DNA of 64,000 nucleotides from assembly GCA_905214285.1 (NCBI GenBank), contig CAJMLI010000002.1, positions 101,015-165,014 on the forward strand, written 5' to 3'. The position numbers and the translations under genes were made by a program. Under the pieces are notes generated by a model, which was given only the letters and a program-made list of their open reading frames with translations, was not told the origin of the DNA and did no database searches. Shown in pieces: positions 38,583-50,427 of the stretch; the first letter of the stretch is position 1, and each line of letters opens with the position of its first letter. The stretch is from an uncultured bacterium. Lineage in GTDB: Bacteria > Actinomycetota > Coriobacteriia > Coriobacteriales > Coriobacteriaceae.

Positions 38583-39365
38583 TTAGCGGGCGCAGGGCGT
38601 GCCGGCGCTCAGATGATTGATAAGACTTGCCTGGTAGGCGGCACCAAAGCCGTTGTCGATATTGACGACCGAGACGCCGCTGGCGCAGGAGTTGAGCATG
38701 GCGAGCAGCGCGGCCACGCCACCAAAGTTCGCGCCGTAGCCCACGCTGGTGGGAACGGCGATGACCGGGCAACTCACCAGGCCGCCGATGACGCTCGCCA
38801 GGGCGCCTTCCATGCCGGCGATGGCGATGACCACCTGCGCCTGGGCAAGTTCCTCGGCATGCGCAAGCAGGCGGTGCAGCCCGGCGACGCCCACGTCGTA
38901 AAGGCGATCGACTTCGTTGCCATAGAACTCGGCCGTCAACGCGGCTTCCTCGGCGACGGGCAGGTCGCTCGTGCCGGCGCAGGCGACAACGATGCGTCCG
39001 TTGCCGGTAGGGGAGGGCTTGCCGCCCACGAGGGCGAGCTGCGCGTCCGGGACATATCCCAGGTCGATGCCGTTGCCGAGAAGCTCCGAGGTGCGGGCGG
39101 CCTTTTTGGCGTCCAGGCGCGTGACCAGGATGCGCTCCTGGCCGGCATCGCGCAGCGCTTTGATAATGGCGGCAATCTGATCGGCGGTTTTACCGGCACC
39201 GTAGACAACCTCGCCGGCTCCCTGGCGCACCCCGCGCGAAAGATCGAGCTGCGCAAAGCCCAAATCGGCGGTCGGAGCCGTCTGGATGCGCGTGAGGGCG
39301 ACGGCCGGGGTGACTGCCCCGCCGGCAACATCGCTCAGTAACTGCTCAAGATCTCGCTTATCCAT
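38583..39365 (-). CDS. larB: LarB (PurE-like carboxylase for nickel-pincer cofactor synthesis)
   Basis: PurE/AIR-carboxylase-like C-terminal half (IVVACAGTSDLPVAEEA...VIAIAGMEGALASVIGGLVSCPVIAVPTSVGYG) plus a LarB N-extension. ATG 39365 with GAAGGGAA RBS; an alternative GTG lies at 39398. Confidence 0.7.
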   Translation of the reverse strand: MDKRDLEQLLSDVAGGAVTPAVALTRIQTAPTADLGFAQLDLSRGVRQGAGEVVYGAGKTADQIAAIIKALRDAGQERILVTRLDAKKAARTSELLGNGIDLGYVPDAQLALVGGKPSPTGNGRIVVACAGTSDLPVAEEAALTAEFYGNEVDRLYDVGVAGLHRLLAHAEELAQAQVVIAIAGMEGALASVIGGLVSCPVIAVPTSVGYGANFGGVAALLAMLNSCASGVSVVNIDNGFGAAYQASLINHLSAGTPCAR

Positions 39366-39479
39366 ATATGTTCCCTTCGACGGCGCAAAGTCTAGCACTC
39401 AAAGGGTATGTTTCCGAACATTAAGACAAAATTGTTCGGAAACTATAGGACAGACTGATTCAATTGTTAGACGGATCGA

Positions 39480-40115
39480 CTAGTCACGCAGGATGATGTC
39501 CATGGCGAGCATCAGATTGCGCTCGTCGATGGCAAACGGGGCGGCCTCGCGCGTCTTGGGCTTGGCACAAAACGCGATGCCCGTGCCCGCGGCCTGAATC
39601 ATGGGGATGTCGTTGGCACCGTCGCCGATCGCGACGGTGTGGGCCATGTCGACGCCGCACTCAACTGCCCAGTCCAGCAGCTGGATGAGCTTGGACTCCT
39701 TGGTCACAATGTCGGCAGCCAACTTACCGGTGAGCTTGCCGCCTACGACCTCCAGACGGTTGGCCAGGCAAAAGTCGATTCCCGCGGCGGCCACGATCTT
39801 GTCGGCAACCTCGTGGAAGCCGCCACTTACGACGCCGACCTTCCAGCCCTTGCTGTGCGCCGAGCGCACAAGCTCCAGCGCGCCGGGGGTAAACGTCACG
39901 CGCTCAAAGGTGCGCTCGAACACGCTCTCGTCCAAGCCGGCAAGCAGCCCCACGCGCTCCTCGAGCGCTTGCTTAAAGTCAAGCTCGCCGCGCATGGCGC
40001 GCTCGGTGATCTGCGCCACTTGCTTGCCCACGCCGGCTTCCTCGCCCAACAGGTCGATGACCTCCTGGTTGATGAGCGTGGAGTCGATATCCATAACGAT
40101 GAGGCGTGCAGTCAT
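39480..40115 (-). CDS. serB: Phosphoserine phosphatase SerB (HAD family)
   Basis: HAD motif I VMDIDSTL, motif II/III (SGGF..., IGDGANDIPMIQAAGTGIAF). Start at the internal ATG (M24 of the ORF). Confidence 0.75.
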   Translation of the reverse strand: MTARLIVMDIDSTLINQEVIDLLGEEAGVGKQVAQITERAMRGELDFKQALEERVGLLAGLDESVFERTFERVTFTPGALELVRSAHSKGWKVGVVSGGFHEVADKIVAAAGIDFCLANRLEVVGGKLTGKLAADIVTKESKLIQLLDWAVECGVDMAHTVAIGDGANDIPMIQAAGTGIAFCAKPKTREAAPFAIDERNLMLAMDIILRD

Positions 40116-40371
40116 GGCGGGCCTTTCCAAGTGCAGTTGTATTGGGGCACATTGTCGCACGTGACGAGCGCGGGCGGGTGTCACGGCGCGTCAATTGTTT
40201 CGTCTCCGTCAAGTCTTTGGGCAGGAGCCACTTTTTCGCGGCACATCGACGCGAGTGCGATAAGATAGAACGCCATGTCTGGCTGCGCGGTTTACGCAGG
40301 CTGGGCAAATCTGTACGACGCCGCCCGGAACGACACGGGGCGGCACAGATCCATAAAGGAGGATCACTGGT

Positions 40372-42159
40372 ATGAGCCAGACCCGTCCCATCGATGAGCA
40401 TTCCATGCACACCCGTACCTGCGGCGAGCTTCGCTTCGAGAACGTGGGCGAAGAGGTCACCCTCACCGGTTGGGTGAGCCGTCGCCGCGACCACGGCGGC
40501 CTTATCTTCTGCGACCTTCGCGACCGTGAGGGCATCACGCAGCTCACCTTCGACCCCGAGCACTCCGACGGCGACGCCTTTAAGATCGCCGAGACCATGC
40601 GTCCCGAGTGGCCCATCAAGATTCACGGCGTCGTGCGCGCCCGTGGCGAGGAGACCACCAACACCAAGCTCGCGACTGGCGAGATCGAGGTCCTGACCGA
40701 CCACGCCGAGGTGCTCAACACGTCCGTCACCCCGCCGTTCCAGATCGAGGACGGCATCGAGACCAGCGAGGACACCCGCCTGCGCTATCGCTATCTGGAC
40801 CTTCGTCGTCCCGAGATGATGGCCAACCTCAAGCTGCGCTCCGACTTTACCTTTGCCATTCGCGAGGCGCTGCACAACCGTGAGTTCATGGAGGTCGAGA
40901 CGCCCTCCCTGTTCAAGTCCACGCCCGAGGGCGCCCGCGACTTCATCGTCCCCAGCCGCATCCAGCCGGGCAACTTCTACGCCCTGCCGCAGTCCCCGCA
41001 GCTCCTGAAGCAGCTGCTTATGGTCGGTGGCGTCGAGCGCTACTATCAGGTTGCCAAGTGCTTCCGCGACGAGGACTTGCGTGCCGACCGTCAGCCCGAG
41101 TTCACCCAGGTCGATATCGAGATGTCCTTCGTGGACCAGAACGACGTTATGAGCGCGCTCGAAGAGGTTCTTGCCGATGCCTTCGGCCGCATGGGTGTCG
41201 AGATGCCCACGCCGCTGCGTCGCATGAACTACTGGGAGGCCATGGACACCTATGGCTCCGACAAGCCCGATACCCGCTATGGCATGCACTTGGTCGACCT
41301 GACCGACATCTTCGCCAACTCCAAGTTCAAGGTCTTTGCGACTGCCGCGAACGAGGAGGGCTCTGTCGTCAAGGCCATCAACGCCAAGGGCGCCGGTGCC
41401 TGGGCTCGCGCCAAGATCGATAAGCTTGCCGGCGTGGCTTCCACGTTTGGCGCCAAGGGCCTTGCCTGGATCGCCTTCCGCGAGGACGGCTCCATCAACA
41501 GCCCCATCGTCAAGTTCTTCTCGGACGAGGAGATGGCTGCCCTGCGCGAGCGCATGGACGTCGAGCCCGGCGACCTTGTGATGTTCGCCGCCGGCCCGCG
41601 CCTGCTCTCCGACGAGATCCTGGGCGGCATGCGTTCCCACATGGCTAACGCGCTCGAGATCAAGCGCGAGGGCCACGACTTCTTGTGGGTCGTCAACTTC
41701 CCGCTGTTCCACTGGGACGAGGACCGCAAGGCTTACGCTGCCGAGCACCAGCCCTTCACCCTGCCGACCGAGACCGACATCGCCAAGATCGAGGCCGACC
41801 CGCTGGCAGCCGGTTCCTGCACCTACGACTTTGTCATGGACGGCTTTGAGGCCGGCGGCGGCGGTATGCGTATCCACAACGCCGAAATGCAGATGTCCAT
41901 GCTCAAGCTCCTGGGCTTTACCGAGGAGCGCGCCGAGTCGCAGTTCGGCTTCCTCATGGAGGCTCTCAAGTTTGGTGCGCCCCCGATGGGCGGCTTCGCC
42001 CTGGGCCTGGACCGCGTGTGCATGCTGCTCACCGGCTCCGACTCCATCCGCGACGTCATGGCGTTCCCCAAGACGGCCAGCGGCTCCGACCTCATGTCGG
42101 GCGCCCCGAGTGCCGTTTCCGGCGCCCAGCTCAAGGACGTCAGCCTGCGCCTGATGTAG
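40372..42159 (+). CDS. aspS: Aspartyl-tRNA synthetase AspS
   Basis: OB-fold N-terminus, class II motifs (FRDEDLRADRQPEFTQVD, GGGMRIHNAEMQ, GFALGLDRV), 595 aa. Confidence 0.9.
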   Translation: MSQTRPIDEHSMHTRTCGELRFENVGEEVTLTGWVSRRRDHGGLIFCDLRDREGITQLTFDPEHSDGDAFKIAETMRPEWPIKIHGVVRARGEETTNTKLATGEIEVLTDHAEVLNTSVTPPFQIEDGIETSEDTRLRYRYLDLRRPEMMANLKLRSDFTFAIREALHNREFMEVETPSLFKSTPEGARDFIVPSRIQPGNFYALPQSPQLLKQLLMVGGVERYYQVAKCFRDEDLRADRQPEFTQVDIEMSFVDQNDVMSALEEVLADAFGRMGVEMPTPLRRMNYWEAMDTYGSDKPDTRYGMHLVDLTDIFANSKFKVFATAANEEGSVVKAINAKGAGAWARAKIDKLAGVASTFGAKGLAWIAFREDGSINSPIVKFFSDEEMAALRERMDVEPGDLVMFAAGPRLLSDEILGGMRSHMANALEIKREGHDFLWVVNFPLFHWDEDRKAYAAEHQPFTLPTETDIAKIEADPLAAGSCTYDFVMDGFEAGGGGMRIHNAEMQMSMLKLLGFTEERAESQFGFLMEALKFGAPPMGGFALGLDRVCMLLTGSDSIRDVMAFPKTASGSDLMSGAPSAVSGAQLKDVSLRLM

Positions 42160-42183
42160 GCAAGCGGCTACATATTGCCCGTA

Positions 42184-42217
42184 ACGAGGGAAGGACACGT
42201 GCCTTCCCTCGTTTTTT
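42184..42217 (+). terminator. Strong rho-independent terminator after aspS
   Basis: acgagggaagg acacgtg ccttccctcgt + TTTTTT. Confidence 0.7.
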
Positions 42218-42253
42218 ATACGTCGAGATTGTGAGGGCATGGGATGACCGGGC

Positions 42254-42440
42254 GTTGCGGAAAGTGCGTCCCGGAATCTGCGTCCAGAACGGGTCGCGCT
42301 TTCCCAAAGGGGGTCCTCTGGGAAAGCGCGACCCAGAATTCGGCATAATAATGGGGCACAGTTTCCGCTTGAGCGGTCTAACGGAAACTGTGCCCCAGAA
42401 TGAGCGCTCAAAACGGGGCAGGCTTTCCGCAACAACTGTC
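42254..42440. repeat. Structured intergenic block: two tandem ~50-nt perfect hairpins, each ending in ...cccagaat, enclosed by a long-range inverted repeat gttgcggaaag/ctttccgcaac
   Basis: Hairpin 1: gggtcgcgctttccca aagggggtcctc tgggaaagcgcgaccc agaat. Hairpin 2: ggggcacagtttccg cttgagcggtctaa cggaaactgtgcccc agaat. Confidence 0.6.
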
Positions 42441-42464
42441 TGGCGAAAAGCCCGGCCCAGTTTC

Positions 42465-43481
42465 CTACAGCGAGTCTCTCTGAACGAGCTGCATGTGCAT
42501 CACGGAGGTGGTGGGCTCGGCGCCCTTGATCATGTCGAGCGCAATGTTGGCGGCCATGTGGCCTTCTTCGCGCAGGGGCTGGCGGACGGTCGTGAGTGCG
42601 GGGACGCAGCGCGCCGCAATCTCGTGATCGTCGAAGCCGACGACAGAAACGTCCGCCGGAACGGATAGGCCTGCCTCGTTGAGTGCGGTGATGACGCCAG
42701 CCGCGATACGGTCCGATCCGCAGAGCACGCCATCGAAAGCAATCTCGCGCGCGAGGATCTGGTGCATGGCCTGATAGCCGTCTCCGCTGTTCCAGCCGGT
42801 ATAGATAACGTTTGCGTCTGGGAGGTCTTCGCCCAAGACGGCGCGGTAGCCGCGCAGGCGGTCGACAACAGCGGGGTTGTCTTGCGGTCCCAACACGGCG
42901 ACGATATCTTTGCGCCCGCGCTCCTTCATGGCGAGTGCCGCAAAGCGTCCGCCCTCTTCGTCGTCAGAGTAGACCGTCGAGAACACATCGCGATAGGGGT
43001 GACCCTCGAGCTGGCCGCACAACACGGTGGGCACGCCCAGCTCGCGCAGTACCTCGAGCAGTTCGCTGCCCTTGTAGGGGGAGACGTTGATTACGGCGTC
43101 GAACGAGCGGCGCTCAAAGTGCTCGCGTGCGCGGTTGCGCTCATGCGTAGAAGACGCCTGCAAGATAACGGGCAGATAGGATGACTCCGACAGTTCTTCG
43201 GTAATGCCGCTCAAAAACTCGCTATAGGTGGGGTCGCTGAAGAGTTCACTCAGGGGCTCGGTCACGAGCACGGCGATGATTTCCGTGCGTCCGACAGCGA
43301 GCGCTCGGCCACGAGCGTTGGGGACAAAATTGACTTCCTTGGCCGCTGCGCGGACGCGCTTTTTGGTTTCCTCGCTAATGCGGGGCGAATCGTTGAGGGC
43401 GCGCGATGCCGTGGAGCGCGACACGCCGGCAGCTGCGGCAACCTCGGCAAGCGTAGGTGCGGTGCGAACTGGTTGGGTCAT
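42465..43481 (-). CDS. LacI-family transcriptional regulator
   Basis: N-terminal HTH (TLAEVAAAAGVSRSTASRALN) plus periplasmic-binding-protein-like sugar-binding domain. Confidence 0.85.
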   Translation of the reverse strand: MTQPVRTAPTLAEVAAAAGVSRSTASRALNDSPRISEETKKRVRAAAKEVNFVPNARGRALAVGRTEIIAVLVTEPLSELFSDPTYSEFLSGITEELSESSYLPVILQASSTHERNRAREHFERRSFDAVINVSPYKGSELLEVLRELGVPTVLCGQLEGHPYRDVFSTVYSDDEEGGRFAALAMKERGRKDIVAVLGPQDNPAVVDRLRGYRAVLGEDLPDANVIYTGWNSGDGYQAMHQILAREIAFDGVLCGSDRIAAGVITALNEAGLSVPADVSVVGFDDHEIAARCVPALTTVRQPLREEGHMAANIALDMIKGAEPTTSVMHMQLVQRDSL

Positions 43482-43720
43482 GGCGTCTCCTGGAAAATGC
43501 GGTCGATGTTGTCATTGATACGGGCTGGTGCGGATACAGCTTACTATAGTGCGCCTGAACAGCGTTCATGATATCCGGCCACTGGTGGCATTTCACGTTC
43601 AAGCTGCTGTTGAACATGGCTTGCACGGGTGGGGCATAGATGGGCGCGGCCGTTGTCAGCCGCCTGGGAATGCTGTTTTGCGCTGAGTTTCGATACTCAG
43701 GGTGACATAAGTGTCGTGGT

Positions 43721-43737
43721 TGTACAACCGGTTGCAC
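43721..43737. promoter_or_regulatory. Palindromic operator-like site 1 (tgtacaaccggttgcac)
   Basis: Contains the perfect 10-bp palindrome CAACCGGTTG in a LacI-family-like TG..A.CG.T..CA frame. Confidence 0.5.
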
Positions 43738-43767
43738 CGTTAATCCGACAAAATCGACCGTTCGGCG

Positions 43768-43784
43768 GACAACCGGTTGCACAG
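43768..43784. promoter_or_regulatory. Palindromic operator-like site 2 (gacaaccggttgcacag)
   Basis: Same core as site 1, about 47 bp downstream. Confidence 0.5.
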
Positions 43785-43809
43785 ATTTTTGTACCGCCCG
43801 TAAGATAAG

Positions 43810-43826
43810 GACAACCGGTTGCACAA
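43810..43826. promoter_or_regulatory. Palindromic operator-like site 3 (gacaaccggttgcacaa), about 32 bp upstream of the lacZ ATG
   Basis: Same core. Confidence 0.5.
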
Positions 43827-43842
43827 AGAAGCACTACGATGA

Positions 43843-46866
<3,024 letters not shown>

Positions 46867-46869
46867 GTC

Positions 46870-47325
46870 ATGCATATCTTTAACTCGCGTGCCGATTTCG
46901 ACGCCCAGATGAAGTCCGTCAAGAAGTGGATGCGTACCGGTCAGGCACTCGACGGCGTTTCTGAACTGCAGCACGATGTGGCGTACTCTATCGGCGACTC
47001 GCTGGTGTATTGGTGGGTGAACGCCCACGAGGCGGCTACTGCCGATCTGGTCGGTCACCGTCGCTACCATGCCGTGCTCGCCCCGCTCGACGGCAATCTG
47101 ACCGTTGAGGTGGCTTCCAAGGCCGATCTTACCTGTACGCGCGCCTACAGCGATATCGATGATCGCGAGCGCTTTGAGGGTACGGGGGAGACCGTGACGA
47201 TTCCCACCGGCGGCGTTGCCGTCGTCGAAATTGACGAGGCCTACCGTGTCGTGGCCGATGCCGCGGATCCCCGCGTCGTGGTGCTGCACGTGACAGTCGA
47301 AGGTTATTCCTTCCCCAACAAGTAG
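46870..47325 (+). CDS. YhcH/YjgK/YiaL (DUF386, EbgC-like) family protein
   Basis: 151-aa cupin-like protein; ATG lies 4 nt after lacZ with a GGAGG RBS. EbgC-like partners commonly follow GH2 galactosidases. Confidence 0.7.
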   Translation: MHIFNSRADFDAQMKSVKKWMRTGQALDGVSELQHDVAYSIGDSLVYWWVNAHEAATADLVGHRRYHAVLAPLDGNLTVEVASKADLTCTRAYSDIDDRERFEGTGETVTIPTGGVAVVEIDEAYRVVADAADPRVVVLHVTVEGYSFPNK

Positions 47326-47466
47326 TATTCGTCCGCCTGGACGTTTGCTTCGCGCCGTTAAGGGGGATGGCTTTGTTGACTCCCTTTTCCCCATTCCCCT
47401 TAGCAGGTGCGCCGTCCGTGTTTGCACTTGCAGCTCGGACGGTTTTAGATGACATTTAACAGATGA

Positions 47467-48942
<1,476 letters not shown>

Positions 48943-48990
48943 CGGCTAGGATTAATCTACGGCTGTGGAATAAATCGATTCCCTTTCCTA

Positions 48991-49027
48991 AGGAGGGGCC
49001 TTACGAGGCCCCTCCTTTTGTGTTTTG
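48991..49027 (+). terminator. Rho-independent terminator after the permease
   Basis: aggaggggcc ttac gaggcccctcct + tttgtgtttt. Confidence 0.6.
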
Positions 49028-49039
49028 GGGCATGGTTTT

Positions 49040-49276
49040 GGCCCCCGTGGTCAAAAAATGCCAAATATGAGTACTGTTGCAAAAGAAGTGCCATATTTTT
49101 CGGCCTGCTCTGAGCGAAAATGGGCTCAAAATCGATTTATCTAACTCCCTTTAAAGGGCGTTTGACGGCTTTCAACCTCTTCGAATCGCTCAAGCTAGGC
49201 AATTTGCTCTCGATTTTGCTGCTACTAAATTTGTGACAGTACTCATATTTGCCACTTTTTGACCACGGGGTATCCG
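49040..49276. mobile_element. MITE-like non-autonomous element, 237 bp, with ~44-bp imperfect terminal inverted repeats and no ORF
   Basis: Left: ggcccccgtggtcaaaaaatgccaaatatgagtactgttgcaaa. Right (reverse complement): ggataccccgtggtcaaaaagtggcaaatatgagtactgtcacaaa. About 90% identical. Confidence 0.5.
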
Positions 49277-49363
49277 GAGGGGCCCTCGATAAGCATCTAA
49301 CGCTACAATAACTACCACGTGGCTGGGTTTGCCGGCCGAATGTGTGATGTCGTGGGAGGGGAC

Positions 49364-49612
49364 ATGGTCGAGTTTACAAAGACGATTAAAGATCCGTTGG
49401 GACTACACGCCCGCCCGGTTGCGCTGCTCTATGACATCATTGCCAAGCACCGTAGCGACGTGTCGGTCAGCATCGGCGACCGCCATACCGACGGTCGCGA
49501 TGTCATGGGCCTCATGGCTCTCTACGGCGAGTGCGGCGAGGACATCATCTTTCGCGTTTCGGGCGTAGACGAGGCTTCCTGCGTTACGTCGATCAGAAAC
49601 CTCTCGCTCTAA
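49364..49612 (+). CDS. HPr-family phosphocarrier protein
   Basis: Active-site region KDPLGLHARPVALL, 82 aa. GGGAGGGG RBS before ATG 49364 (the ORF opens at 49319). Confidence 0.75.
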   Translation: MVEFTKTIKDPLGLHARPVALLYDIIAKHRSDVSVSIGDRHTDGRDVMGLMALYGECGEDIIFRVSGVDEASCVTSIRNLSL

Positions 49613-49704
49613 GCATGACAGGGCGCGGCAAAGGACAGCTCTTTGCCGCGCCTTTTTGTTTCATATAGGAAACTTTTTCGAAATCTGAATAGGGACCCTT
49701 TCCA

Positions 49705-49758
49705 AAAAGTTAACCACGTGCTAGTTTACTAAAGCGAACATAGACGTGGTTAACTTTT
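49705..49758. promoter_or_regulatory. Split palindrome upstream of feoA (aaaagttaaccacgtg ...23 nt... gacgtggttaactttt)
   Basis: 15/16-bp inverted repeat in the feo promoter region. Confidence 0.3.
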
Positions 49759-49800
49759 ATCGCGTCGATGTTGAGGACGAACTGACGTTAGGAGCCACTC

Positions 49801-50043
49801 ATGTCTTGCGGACCGCAGATGCCGGCCATGCCGCTTTCGATGGTAAAAGCGGGCGAAACCGTGCGCGTGTCTCGTGTAAAGGGCAATGAGGACATGAAGC
49901 ACCACCTCAAGGACCTCGGCTTTGTCGAGGGCAACGAAATCCACGTGGTGAGCTCGAGTGGCGCCAATATCATCGTCACGGTGCTGGGCGCACGCTTTGG
50001 CATCGATTCCAAGGTTGCCATGCACATCATGACCGTCGGTTAG
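49801..50043 (+). CDS. feoA: FeoA family protein
   Basis: SH3-like FeoA domain (VKAGETVRVSRVKG...LGFVEGNEIHVV). AGGAG RBS. Confidence 0.75.
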   Translation: MSCGPQMPAMPLSMVKAGETVRVSRVKGNEDMKHHLKDLGFVEGNEIHVVSSSGANIIVTVLGARFGIDSKVAMHIMTVG

Positions 50044-50082
50044 TCCGCAGCATTTCATAAAAACTGAAAGGGGGACAAGAGG

Positions 50083-50304
50083 ATGAAGACGTTGGGTGAC
50101 GTTAAGGTGGGCGAGAGCTCTACCATCGTCAAGCTTCACGGTGAGGGTGCGCTTCGCCGTCACCTTATGGACCTGGGGCTCATCAAGGGCACTTCGTTCA
50201 AGGTCGTGAAGGTTGCACCGCTCGGTGATCCGGTCGAGATCAACGTGCGCGGCTACGAGCTTTCCATCCGCAAGGAGGAGGCTGCCGTCGTCGAGGTCCA
50301 GTAA
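50083..50304 (+). CDS. feoA: FeoA family protein (second copy)
   Basis: VKVGESSTIVKLHGEGALRRHLMDLGLIKGTSFKVV. Confidence 0.8.
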   Translation: MKTLGDVKVGESSTIVKLHGEGALRRHLMDLGLIKGTSFKVVKVAPLGDPVEINVRGYELSIRKEEAAVVEVQ

Positions 50305-50427
50305 GGGCTCGCGGCGCATATATCTGCAGATAAAGTTAGGTTTTTCTAACTTAATGCAGCATCTTTGAAGCACATTATCCAGCCTGCGCGGAGAAAGCAG
50401 CGCAGGCACACAAGGAAGAAGGATTGA

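Noticed and set aside
39979-42435. 818-aa minus-strand ORF
   Set aside because: Entirely antisense to aspS and serB, with an Arg/Gly/Ala-rich low-complexity translation. A typical high-GC antisense artefact.
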